Shown piece by piece: positions 49,141 through 61,570 of a stretch of DNA of 64,000 nt. The notes beneath the pieces are model-generated. The model made no database searches. It was given only the letters and a program-made list of their open reading frames with translations, and was not told the origin of the DNA. Numbering within the stretch: the stretch's first letter is position 1; each line of letters begins with the position of its first letter. Both the position numbers and the translations under genes were made by a program. This DNA comes from Chara braunii. Its lineage: Eukaryota; Plantae; Charophyceae. The DNA is taken from positions 2,105,578-2,169,577 of the forward strand of contig BFEA01000010.1 in NCBI GenBank assembly GCA_003427395.1, given 5' to 3'.

Positions 49141-52100
49141 ATCCTAGCTCGTATGACTTTGAGGAAGAAGTAGGGTGACTTCCGTGAGGTCATGCTATTA
49201 CAGTCTTTTGAGGATAGGCTGGAGTCTGATCAAGGTGTAATAGGAGGCTTGCGTGAAGACCACCTATTACTAACTTGAATTCTGTATTGACACCTGGATC
49301 TGGAATGTTTTCTAAATGTTAGGTCAAATGTTGAGACGGTTCAACATAGGTCTCCTAACTACTTGTTGTAACTAATGAAGGGATACTTCCGGGTGAGTTA
49401 TCCGGTCGCTTGCACTAGATTGCTTGAACTGCTTGATTGCATGAGAACTACATGGACATTGAAGGGTGGCTGAGTGCTCCCGTAGAGCTACTCGAGTACT
49501 CCTTTGACTAACCATTTTGCTTGGAATTGATCAAGTAGTGGAAGATTCCTCGTTGAATCAACCTATTACTTGCGTATGTGAGAACAAGAAGAAGAGAAAG
49601 GAAAAAGGAAGCGCTCCAACGGGAGTGACTCCAGGTGTCTTGAAAGAAGCCGAATAAAAGGGCAAGTACCGCGGGGACAAAGAATTAGAAAAGAAGAATC
49701 CCCGCGTAGACTCAGTTCATTGATAAACGCGTAAGGGAGAAACCGCCTTTAGCATGAGTTGATCTGAGCTAGACCACCGCGTAAGCACAAAAGGGTGTGC
49801 TTATCCGCAAGAGAGAAACTACAAGTACTAAGGGAAAATATGAGTTCCCTAAGACAACTTAGAACATAGGCAGGAGACTCCTTGAACAAAAGGAGGAAGA
49901 GTGACAGACGTCGCAGGGTAGGTAAAAGCTAAAAGGGTTAGACTTTGGGATGTTGATCCCAAAGTTCACAGACCAGATTTAAAGGTTTAACCCTTAGATA
50001 TCAATAAGTGGGAAATCGAGTGGGGTGTTGAATCTTTGTTGACATGTGTGTGTGCATGTCCATGTTTTGATCTACTGCAATTAAAGGAGAAGTCCTACAA
50101 AGAGGACTCAATTTTTTTGTTATCTCTCGATAACAGGTCGTTCGTTGTCGATTCAAATTTTCCCCTTGACTTGATACCCACATCTAAAGTCAAACCCTGT
50201 GATCAACAAAACTGTCACCTGTTGTCATTGTCCAAATGGTCCTAGTCACTCTCAAGGGTCCTTTGAAGAAATGTGAGGAGGATGGGCTTACGTCTCAGGA
50301 AAGATAGAGTTGTCATACATGGTTTGGGGAGTGAGGGACAATGTCAATGGTTGATGGTTGACGTTGTTAGTGCATGACATGTGGATTCTCTTTGCATTAT
50401 TCTGTGCAGGTCTGTTTTGCTCGTGAGTTTGGGATTGAACTGGACCTGATCTGTTGACGAGTCTTGGACATACAACACTTGTGAAAGTGAGAAGGGTTCC
50501 CAGCGGTAATACCTCCATAATCACTATCAGTCTTACACAACTTTTATACTATCTGATGTTCCGTCATATGTTAAGTAGAATAAAACGCTCTTGGTAGTGA
50601 CAAGGTTTGTTTGATACTTTGATCATAGTGGTCAGAAGGTGAATGTGTTTTGGGAGCAGAAGCGGAAATAGACAACCGTCTCAAAGTTCGACCTGAATAT
50701 CTAATGGGTCAATCCTACCGCGCGTACCTCGTGTTATGCTACAGCGATCGAGAAAACGCCCTCGACCGACCTACCTCTACAAAGGCATGTAAAAGCCTTC
50801 GTATGTGGGCTGGTAGCTCAGGAGGAATACGCCTACCTAAGGGTGGTGACAACCCCTTGGGTAGAGGTAAGTTGTACCTCGCGACGTCCCGACCTGTCGC
50901 AGGGCGTCGTGGGAGGTATAGCACGCGCGCACGGTCGGAGTGGTGACCAGTTCTTTTTCAGACGAAACATCCTGCGTGACACGACCGTGAGGTTCAGCGC
51001 TCCCCCTCAGGGCGAGGGAGCGCCACGCGCGACAGGTGGCGCCGTTGCCGGGGACCTTCGGTTGCTTGTCGGGGTCCTATGTGAACGGACCTGAGTTCGA
51101 TTAATTGAAGCCCTAGCAAAACGATAAGTGAAAGGGTAGAGTAGTATATAAGCTTTCGCTAGGTAGTAGGAATAAGAATTAGAGTAATTGTTGATACCAG
51201 CCTTGTGTTGAAAAGAAGTGTCTTGAGATACGACGAGTGCAAGTTGAAGTACCCTGCATAGCATCACGACGAGTTTTGATTCATACTTCTGTAGCTGGAA
51301 GATACTTGTTCCTTTTGTCTGCTGAAGAGGGAGCATACAAAAACGTTCATAGCGGAAAACCCGATCTACATAATAAAAATTGACGAGACCGCTAAGAAGG
51401 TTATTCCCTACGATAGTCCCTTCTGGTTGTGACACTTCCTTCTCGACAGACTTATTTGAGGTTCATTAGGCAGATAGTCTATATTACATAGTCATTTTAA
51501 TACTCCCTCGCAACCATACGTGTCCTAAGTCTTAAGGCATTGCCTTAATCTGACGCTTGGAGCACTCATTTAGATAGAACTCTTTAGCCATGCCTCACAG
51601 AAGGGGAAGAGGTGGACGACAGGGAAAAGCGACGGAAATACCGATTGACTTAACAAAGGAAAGAGAAGACCGATTGACTTAACGAAGGAAAGAGAAGAGC
51701 GACGGAAATAGCTCTTTAGCCATGCCTCTTCTATGGCACGCCGTCTTCAACAGCTGGCAGTTGTTCCCCAACCACCTCAGCCTGCCCTTCCACCTCCACC
51801 GCCATATGTACCTGATCCTCCCATGGTATCTCAAAACGCGTCGACGAATCATAGGTTATGCGTCATTTTAGCGCTATTCTTCCTATGCCAAGTTGAGATG
51901 TGTGGATTGATCTCATACCTGATATATAAAGGGATTATCTGAGGACCGCCTCGAAAGAAGGAGAGTAGGGTACGATAAGGCCAAGGCTTTCTCTTGATGC
52001 TAAGAGCGGTGATTGAGGAATATCCATCTGAGTTGGGAAAGAGAAAGGTATCCAGACTGGGGAGATGTAATTTGGATTTTCATGATCCTTACTTAGATAG

Positions 52101-54414
52101 TGCTAAGCTTAACCAGTCAAACGAGCAATAGATATCAACGAGGAACTAAGGAATCAAAAGATGTACCTGGGAATACAGGAGGCAGTCCAGTTTTAATGAA
52201 GATTTTTTGATTCATAATAGAGAGTCGAGTGACTCCGTACTAAGGGCACCAGAAGCTAACGAGTGAGACAATAATTAAAAGATTGTTCTTGTCTTGCCTT
52301 TTATGTAAACAGGTCATTAAAGAGATCTCCCGAATTCAATCAAAGATGCCTTACGCGGAGCAAATTTTGAGGGTCGAGGCATCAATTAGGAACAATGATA
52401 GGTTATAAATGACACTGCCGAAAGAGAAGGGCAGAGTGGAACTTTGCGAGACATGGTGGGGCAGCTTGTTGAGAAATGAGCCGTTTATGTGGATAGAGAC
52501 AAGTTGGGATACGGTAGAAGAATGTCGTAGAATAAGAGTCATCCTCTACCTGTCCAATTGTCTCTGGCATGGTCATGAAATGAATGTCAGTCAAGGAGGA
52601 GAAGAATATTTATTACAACTTACAGGAATAGCAGAAGCGACACTCAACGTCTGGAACAGAGATGGTCAATGGCAAGAAGCAGAAGGTGTTATAAAGGAAA
52701 TCAAAATGCGTCCGACCGAATAATTTGTTCTTCCGATCCGTTACATTAGAACCACACTCCCTGACTTCATTATCAATGAGGTGTTTAATGGTCAAGCAAG
52801 AGTGGAATTGNNNNNNNNNNNNNNNNNNNNNNNNNNNNNNNNNNNNNNNNNNNNNNNNNNNNNNNNNNNNNNNNNNNNNNNNNNNNNNNNNNNNNNNNNN
52901 NNNNNNNNNNNNNNNNNNNNNNNNNNNNNNNNNNNNNNNNNNNNNNNNNNNNNNNNNNNNNNNNNNNNNNNNNNNNNNNNNNNNNNNNNNNNNNNNNNNN
53001 NNNNNNNNNNNNNNNNNNNNNNNNNNNNNNNNNNNNNNNNNNNNNNNNNNNNNNNNNNNNNNNNNNNNNNNNNNNNNNNNNNNNNNNNNNNNNNNNNNNN
53101 NNNNNNNNNNNNNNNNNNNNNNNNNNNNNNNNNNNNNNNNNNNNNNNNNNNNNNNNNNNNNNNNNNNNNNNNNNNNNNNNNNNNNNNNNNNNNNNNNNNN
53201 NNNNNNNNNNNNNNNNNNNNNNNNNNNNNNNNNNNNNNNNNNNNNNNNNNNNNNNNNNNNNNNNNNNNNNNNNNNNNNNNNNNNNNNNNNNNNNNNNNNN
53301 NNNNNNNNNNNNNNNNNNNNNNNNNNNNNNAGGATATGACTTCTCCACCTCTCATATGATCTGCTGCTTATACCTGGAGATGGGTCCCGAACTAGCGGAA
53401 AGTGATTTTAGCAACATTCTATCCACCATTGACGCATATGCACGAACTTACTTTATGGAGGAAAGATTCGGGTATTGGGAAGAGCTGAAGGAGGAAGTAC
53501 GTTCGGGGGTCTGCGTGGATGGTATTCCCGCCATGTTTGGCTTGGTCTATAACTTCTGGTCTGGGGACTGGGTAACGACAAGTGAAATGGAAGAAGAAGA
53601 GAGAGGGTTTGTATTCTAAGAATAACAGGGAAGGACGCAGAGAAGATAGAAGAGCATGAGGGATGATAAGGGGAAAAGAGGAAACTAAAAGGAAGCAAAT
53701 TGCTTGTCTAAAGTTGATTGAGGAGGGAGAAGTGATGAGTGTACTGAGAGGAGACAAGGGTAGGACATGAAAAGATAGGGAGCCTTAGGCTAAAAACGTT
53801 CATATCTTAGATAAGCTTAAGAAAAAAAATAGAGAAAGGATATGCCAGTAAAATTAGAATTTATGTATAAGTATTACGTGTTTTTTGTCTCTTCTTTTGC
53901 ATCGCTCAGGATACTGGAGATCGCCCAAGATGTTGTATGTCAATCAGGGATTCGGGGTTGAGCACCCCGTTCGTACGCCACAAGGGTTGAGAATGTCACT
54001 ACCTAGCGGCCTGAGTGAAAGAGAAGAGGAGATCACCGCATGGTGGGGCACCTCGATCAGGCCATAAGCATTTGTATAGGTTGAAATTGGACACACTCTA
54101 GTACGGACAACATTGTATCTTTCATCACATTTATGGAGGATGCATGGAGTGGATCTGGCGGTAGGGCATAGTTAGCCCCTATCACGATACATCTTAATCA
54201 CCGGAACAATTCTTGAGGATAAAATTCGAGAGACAAGCTGGGGGGAATTCCGATCGGTCATACCAATGATAGAAACAAGGTGAGCATCATATTTTGTATA
54301 TCCCACCGACTATATAATAGTCACTCTTCCGGACTTCATCATTGATGAAGTTTTCAAAGGACACGTAAACGTGGAGCAAGCGGCCTTGGCAGCCCGAGCG
54401 GCTCCTCAAGAAGG

Positions 54415-56940
54415 ATGTTACTAAAAACTGCAAGGAAAATGGGGGACGCTAATGGGACAGGAGGACAGGGGTCCATAACCACTGCTGAGATCGCGCGATT
54501 ACTGGATAATAGAAATGTCAAGCGGTCTCAGCTGCCCCGGATAGAAATTTTTCCCTTCAAAGGAGAACGAGTGTCGCATTGGTTTGAGCTGCTGGAACAA
54601 GTCTTCAATCGACTAATGTCGGCGAAAAAATTCGCCCAACTGTTTGAATACGTGTGGTGGGAATTTCGCCCCGACATTGAAAAGATTGTGGATGATGCCC
54701 AAGGTTATTGAAACAATTTTAAGAAGGAAATGCAGAGAAAGTACAAACTCGGAGATGGGCTATTGACAATCGATCAGCTTTATAACGTCAACATAAATGA
54801 CTTCACTACAATAGTAGCATTTGCAACGGCCTTCGAGAAAATGGCGGAACGAGTTTCAAGACTTTCCGAGGAAATGCAATGTGTGATCTTTCTGGGAAAG
54901 TTTTTAGGCTATGAGACCATGAAACTAACCCGAGGAGGTGCACAAGGACGAAAGACATCATGGGAAACAATAAAAAGAAACTTGGCATCTGGGGATCTGG
55001 ACCAGGTATTCCACCATCAAGTAAAGATGGAAAGGAAGAAAAGAAAGGAGATAGGTGTCATCCAAGGGCCAGACTCTGCCCTAGGAGAGGTATTGAGTAG
55101 TATGGTAACTCAACTGAAAGAGTTGAAAGATAAAGTGGAGTCAGGAAAAGTGATGGCGGTCGGACAAGCAATGAATAAAAGGAAGTATGAAGGAGAAGAT
55201 GAAGGGAATAATGAAGAGAAGAAACCTGAACCGGTAGTACAATCTAAAAAGACCCAAAAGCAGAACCAGAACCAGGCGTCGAGGAAGCAAGGAGTAGGAA
55301 AAGGTCACAGCTCACAGCAAACTGTGACACCAAATATCCCAGGGGCACCAGCCCCGGCACCTCAGTTTGCACCTTGACCAGTGGTAGCTCCTATGGGAGC
55401 TTGGTCTGGTTACTACTCCGGGAATCGGTGGCTGGGTTTCGATCAAATGGGGATGTATCCAAATGTGCCCCAAATACAGGAAGTTGGGGCAAGACCATCA
55501 CAAGGTCGAGGAGCAGATGGGAGTCAACCGCAACATGCTCTACCGCCACAAGGCAGTTAAGGTCAAAATCAATTTCAGGGGCAGGGACATGGACAATGAC
55601 ATGGTAAGGGTAGAAATGAAGGACGAGGAAATGACCATGGAGGAAGAGGATTTGGAGGACGAGGAAATGATGGACAAGGATAAAGTTGGGGACCTCAGGG
55701 AGGTGCTCATTCCGGGAATTACAATATAGTGAGCTTTAACCAGATTGAACAAGGATACAATCAAGGTTACGGTCAAGGGTATGGTCAAGGCTATAACCAG
55801 AATTACTGTAGAGGGTTTGGAAGAAATGATGGGCAATGGAGTGATTAAGGGGTCGGAAGAGGTTGGATAGATTACAGTGAGTGCATATGTACTCATTGCA
55901 CGATAAAAGGGCATACCGTGAAAAAATGTCATGTTAGGAAGATGGATGAGCAAGACGACATAATCACATCCAGCATAGATGGAGATGTATTCGATAAGCA
56001 GGGAAGACGGATCGACCCGAATATCCCTGGAGGTACAAGGAAGGAAGCACTCAGGGTTGCGGGGCTTGGACCAAGTGCCCCAACCATGTTTCGTATTAAG
56101 CACGAGAAAAAATACCCTTTTGTTTGGGTAGAAGAAGTTGATGAGCTGAGTGACCAATTAAAGAAAGGAGTGAAGATAAGTGAGGAAGAAAAGGATGTGC
56201 CACTGGTTGGGATTGGGCCAGATGAAGACAATGTAAGTAGAGAATCAGCAAGAGAAACCTTGGGAAGAATGGAAGACATGATAGATAAGATGAGTAGATT
56301 AAATACAAGGATGACTGATATTTGCAAAGAGGTGAGGAATCTAGAAATGAGGATGCCACATGTATTCACCATGGGTCAGGGGAAGGAGGATGATGAGTTA
56401 AGAGCCCCTAACCCCAGAGCATTGAGAGTCACTCTGGCCGCAAGGTCAGAAGCAGCTTACCAAGCTCTCAGAAACTTTATCCCTCATACGGCATGGAAAC
56501 CTAAAGGAGGAAATGCACCCAAGGAACCAACCCAGGCTCCTATACAGCCTCAAGGGGGAACTTCTATTGATACAGAGGAAGAGGAGGAAGAACAGGATGA
56601 GTTACCCAGGGGATAAGAGGACAAACACTCTGAACAAAAGACTAGAAAGTGAAGGCATGATATTAAGGAAGGAAAGGGGAAGGCTGGGGAGAAATCAAAG
56701 GAACAATGGACGTACCAGATATCGATTGAAGAAGGCGTGGATCTAGAGAATCTGGTAAACAAGCTCCTTGATGGACATAATGAGTTACTGAATCTGAAAG
56801 AGATTTTGACAACTGCACCGAAACTCAGGGAGTTAGTAAAGGCAAAGTTGGCACGAAAGAGAGTAGCGACAGTGAGATTCGAAGATCTTATTCCCAAAGA
56901 AGCGAACTGGACAGTAGCTGGAAGCAAAATGAACTGAAAA
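54415..56940 (+). pseudogene. gag: gag with CCHC zinc knuckle (disrupted)
   Basis: IFPFKGERVSHWFE capsid-like start and CTHCTIKGHTVKKC (CX2CX4HX4C) at 55888-55929. Confidence 0.8.
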
Positions 56941-59492
56941 TTTGTAGGGACCGGGTCCATCGATGTCAATATTAGAGGGAAAGGATCTAATGGGATGGTG
57001 GATATAAGAGCGGAGATGAATATTATGAACTCAGAAACAGCTGAGAGGCTAGGGTTGGAAATCGACAGGAGAGATTGTGGATACCTTAATGGGGCTAGTG
57101 GAAAGTCAGGGTACACGAGGATTGCATCAAATGTAATCGTAAAAATAGGAAGTGTCAGAGTTCGCTCCTGCTTCTACATCATGCCTAGCCTGGATCTTCC
57201 CATATTGCTAGGAAGGTCCCTCTTATCACGGTCAGAAACCCTCATCATGAACAAGCATGATAAAACTATGTTCGTGATCCTATGTGACCCTGCTTGTGGT
57301 AACTTCGAGGTCATTACCTGTAAAAATACACGTCCTCATAGCTCGACGAACTGGCTCAGTGCTGGGTCATATACTTTTGAGAAGTCTGAAAATAGGAGAA
57401 AAGAAATAGAATGGGGGTCTGATGAGGAAGATGAGGAAGAAGAAAGTGAAGGATTATCATTAAGTCTGACCAACGTAGACCACGCGATTTCATGGTATCA
57501 GCATATGATATGGCGGAGCGTGAGGCCATTCGGACTTTAGCTGATAAGTTGTACGATTACCCTGAAGGAGGAAGGATGAAATTGGTATACAGACCGCCTC
57601 CTCGAGAAGAAAAAGTGCAGGGACCGTATGCCCAAGCCTGCGGTCAGCATTTTTTAGGGGTGGGCTCAAGCAAGGGGGGAAAATGAGGTACAAGACGGTA
57701 GACAAAAAAAGCCACCCAGTTCCAGTTCTAGTAACACATGAAGAAGGAGTGTACTATGAGCAAGAAAGAGAATTGATAAGACAAATGAGAGAGAAATGGG
57801 AAGCAGAATCCTGCCGTATTAACAAAGAGACTGAGAGAGATTTGATCATTGGGGAACCTGAGTTCTTGACCCAGCAGGAAAAAGCATTAATAATTGACTT
57901 AATGAAAGAGAAGCACTGCGCCTATGTTTTCAACGATGAGCAGAGGGGAAGGTTGAATGTGGACAAGATAGGGATGATCCGGATCCACACTGTCCCACAT
58001 CAACCTTAGAATATTAGAGGAGTCAGGTACCCAAATCCCGATGATCAGAGAAGGGTAGTAGAATACCTTGATGGAAAGATCGACTCTCACATAGCAGGGT
58101 TTTCTAGCGGACCTTATGCCTCATCTTGGTTATGCTTCATTAAGCCAAACAGAGTACTCAGGTGGGTGCGAGACTTGCAAAGGTTGAATGTTGTAATGGT
58201 TAGAGATGCTGGAGGGCTTCCCAACGCTGATCAACTCTTTGAAGTCTGTGCTGGAAGGTCTATTATCTCGCTCATAGAGTTGTACTCTGGTTACGACCAG
58301 TTTCCAGTGTACCCGACCGATAGACCAATAACTGCTATGCATATTCCTAGAGGACTGATCCACATGAACGTGGCACCCCAAGGATGGACAAATGTGGTAG
58401 CCATAATGCAAAGAAGTATGGTGAGAGTTATGCAACCAATCAGTCCACAAATTACTGAGCCCTACATTGATGATCTTGCTGTAAAAGGCCCGATGGTGAA
58501 AAATGAGCAAAAGGTTGCACCTGGCATAAGGAAGTTTGTCTGGGATTATGTCAATGATCTCATAAAGGTGCTTGATTTATTACAAGAATATAACCTCACG
58601 ACAAGCAGAACTAGGTCTCGACACTGCATGAGAGAGACCAATATTTTGGTTTTTGTATGCAATGAGCAAGATCGTCGTCCAGATACCAGGAAAACGAATA
58701 AGATCCTTGAACGACTTACGTCGTTCAGGAACGTCAGTGAAGTAAGATGTTTTCTTGGAACGTGCGGGTTCTGGAGAATCTTCATCGAAAGGTTTGCTGC
58801 TAAGACGGAACATGTGAGGAAGTTGGTAAGAAAGAATTAGGAATGAGAATGGGTAGAGAAGCAGGAACAAGTAGTGAAAAGTTTGAAGAAAGAATTTGAG
58901 GAAGGAGGTCTTGTGCTGGGGGTCCCTGATTATGAGGTCGTTGTAGAGCGACCGTTTATCATAGAGAGTGATGCCGGACCTACTGCACTGGAAGGAGTTC
59001 TGATACAGGCAGACCTTGAAGGAAAGGAAAGACCTTTGCGTTTTGAGAGCCAAACCCTCAATACTGCTGAGCGGAACTACTCTCAATTCAAAAAGGAGAC
59101 TTTGGCCGTATTGCACTGTCTGCATATCTTTAGGCACTACCTCTATGGGAGAAGGTTTATCCTGAGAATAGATCCAACTGCCCTTACGTATTCCCTCAAG
59201 AATTTTTCACCCACAGATCCTACAATCGCTAGATGGCTCACGTACATCTGGATATTCGATTTTCAGTTGGAACATATCCAGGGAACAAGACTGGATGAGG
59301 ATGATATGCAACTCCATGTGAACTCGTGGGAACTGAGTATCAGTGATAAGGAAGCAAGAAGAGGAAAACCCATATGGTTGCACCTGCAGCTTTTGTGAAA
59401 ATCGAAGGGTTGGTGTTGAAACCTTTCGTTGAAGAAGAACCATGGGGAGAAAGGAATGACGAGTGGATGAAAGAACTGGCTTTGGCAGAAAG
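56941..59492 (+). pseudogene. pol: pol: aspartic protease, reverse transcriptase, RNase H (disrupted)
   Basis: MVDIRAEMNIM..ILLGRS (degenerate protease); DLQRLN, LYSGYDQ, PQGWTN, YIDDLAV, FLGTCGFWRIFI (RT); ESDAG, ERNYSQFKKE, ARW (RNase H). Confidence 0.92.
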
Positions 59493-59742
59493 CTGTGTAG
59501 CACACCGAACATGTTTGGCGCCCCACCGAGCAGTCGAACGTGTTCGGATGCTCGGCCGAGTGCGAACCGAACATGTTCGACCGAGCGCAAATTAGGGGGC
59601 TGCCGAGCGCGTCCTCATGTATATGTGGTGTGTGGGGTGTGTGTGGGGTGTCTATGGGGTGTATGGGGGTGCGTGTGCATGATGTGTGTGTGTGTATGTT
59701 TAGGATGATGAGTGATGCTCCCCAGGGCCCCCAACACCTATA

Positions 59743-59776
<34 letters not shown>

Positions 59777-59926
59777 NNNNNNNNNNNNNNNNNNNNNNNN
59801 NNNNNNNNNNNNNNNNNNNNNNNNNNAAAAAAAAAAATGTTCGGGCTCGGTCTATTTTGGGTCACGTTCGGGCTCGGTATCGAGTGTTCGGGTTCGGTCA
59901 CCGAGCCCGAGTGTGATGCTACACAG
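59493..59926. mobile_element. Non-autonomous TIR element (MITE-like) nested in pol; contains an N-gap
   Basis: TIR CTGTGTAGCA...TGCTACACAG, flanking direct repeat GCAGAAAG (59485-59492 and 59927-59934), and subterminal CCGAAC/GTTCGG motifs. Confidence 0.88.
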
Positions 59927-61440
59927 GCAGAAAGCTACAGATTGACCGACGATCCAGTAACAATTGAAGCAGAAACAAGGCAAGTAGATCATCACCTGCT
60001 GACGATGGGGAGAATACACTATCTTGTCAACTCACTCCTACAAGTTAAGACTGAGAATGAAGGAGAGATAGTAAAGGCTGACGAGATAGTGTTGGGGGAT
60101 GATCTTGAGTTTGATGAGGAGATGAAAGAAGAAGAGTTTGAACATGGTGAAGTCTCGGAAGATTTTCGGGAAGAAGAATATGACGGATTTCACCTAGAAA
60201 TGAGACTCCTCTCCGGTGATAAGCGAGAAAGGGATGTTAGTGAAAAAACTCTCCGCATGAGAGATCACTACATAGTAAGGGGAGACCATCTCTTTATCAT
60301 AGATAAAATGGGACCTCCCAAGAGAGTCATTTGTGGCAGAAATCGGCAGATCGATGTCATAGTACCCCTTCACGACGGACCCGTAGGCGGTCACAGGAGT
60401 TTTGCCACTACCATAAAAAAGGTGACCGAGTTATATTTTTGGGAAGGTATGTACGGAATGATTCGAAAATACTGCGAGTCGTGCGTCCCTTGCCAAGTCA
60501 GGTCTCCAATCAGATACAAGGAACCTCTACATCCAACGTATATCAAGGATGTGGGGGCAGTAATCCACCTGGATTTCCTGGCAATGCCGTTGGGAATCGG
60601 AGACTATAATTACATCTTTGATGCCCGAGATAATCTTACGGGATTTGTCGATGGGAAAGTCATCCGAACCAAGACTGAGGCGGTCTTGGCAGAATGCATC
60701 AAGGAGTATTACTTCGATACCCCTTCGTGGTGGAATTTACAATGGACAGGGGATCTGAGTTTACGTGTGGAGAAGTGAAGGAGCTACTGGACGATCTTGG
60801 AGTTATTGCCAAATATACGATCAGGGCGCACCCTCAGGCAAATGCACCTGTTGAGAGAGGACATAGTACCATCACTAACTTACGGGCAAAGTGGACAGCC
60901 GAAAAACCAGACCTGTGGCCAAAGTTCCTGCGAACAGTGTTCTTTGTTAAGAACATCACAGTCAAAAGAACCACAGGTTATGCCCCTGCAACCTTGTGGT
61001 ATGGAAGACATGCCACTTTTCTTATAGAAAATTTCATGAAGACTTAGCGAAGACAGGATCTCGAGAATGACTTGCCTCTTGAAGAGTTACTTGACATCAC
61101 AAATCACTGTTCGCAGGTCAATATCACTGAAGAAAGGATTCAGGAAGCGGTGGAGAAAGTGGCTGACAGTCGTGGGAAGAACAAAAAGAGATGGGATAGA
61201 CTTTCGTGTGTACGAGAAGAACTATTGGAAATCGGGGACATAGTGTTGTTGTATGACTCGTCACTAGAAAAGCAATGGTCAAGGAAAATAGACAAAAGAT
61301 GGTTGGGACCCTTCAGAGTCAGACGCTGAGGGAACCATGGAGCACGTGAACTTGAAGGAATGGATGAAACACCGAGGAAAGATTGGATTTCAGGATCAAG
61401 GTTGAAAAAATTTAAGATAAGACAAGAGGTGAGTTGATAA
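59927..61440 (+). pseudogene. pol: pol: integrase (HHCC, DDE core, GPF), disrupted
   Basis: LHDGPVGGH..CESCVPCQ; HLDFLAM; MDRGSEF; PQANAPVERGH; RWLGPFRV. Confidence 0.92.
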
Positions 61441-61570
61441 AAGCTGGAAGGAAAAACCAGATAATCTTGTAGAACCCTTGTCATAGCATCTCCTTTGTGA
61501 ATATTCTATTGTTAACCAACTGTTGACTCATCCTGTTATCTGTCACTCCCTTTTCTTTTTCTGTGTGCAG

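Larger units (their letters stand above)
46635..50602 (+). repeat. Tentative ~4-kb 5' LTR
   Basis: TGTTACTGGCAA...TTGGTAGTGACA imperfect inverted TG..CA termini. No second LTR or clear PBS to confirm. Confidence 0.3.
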
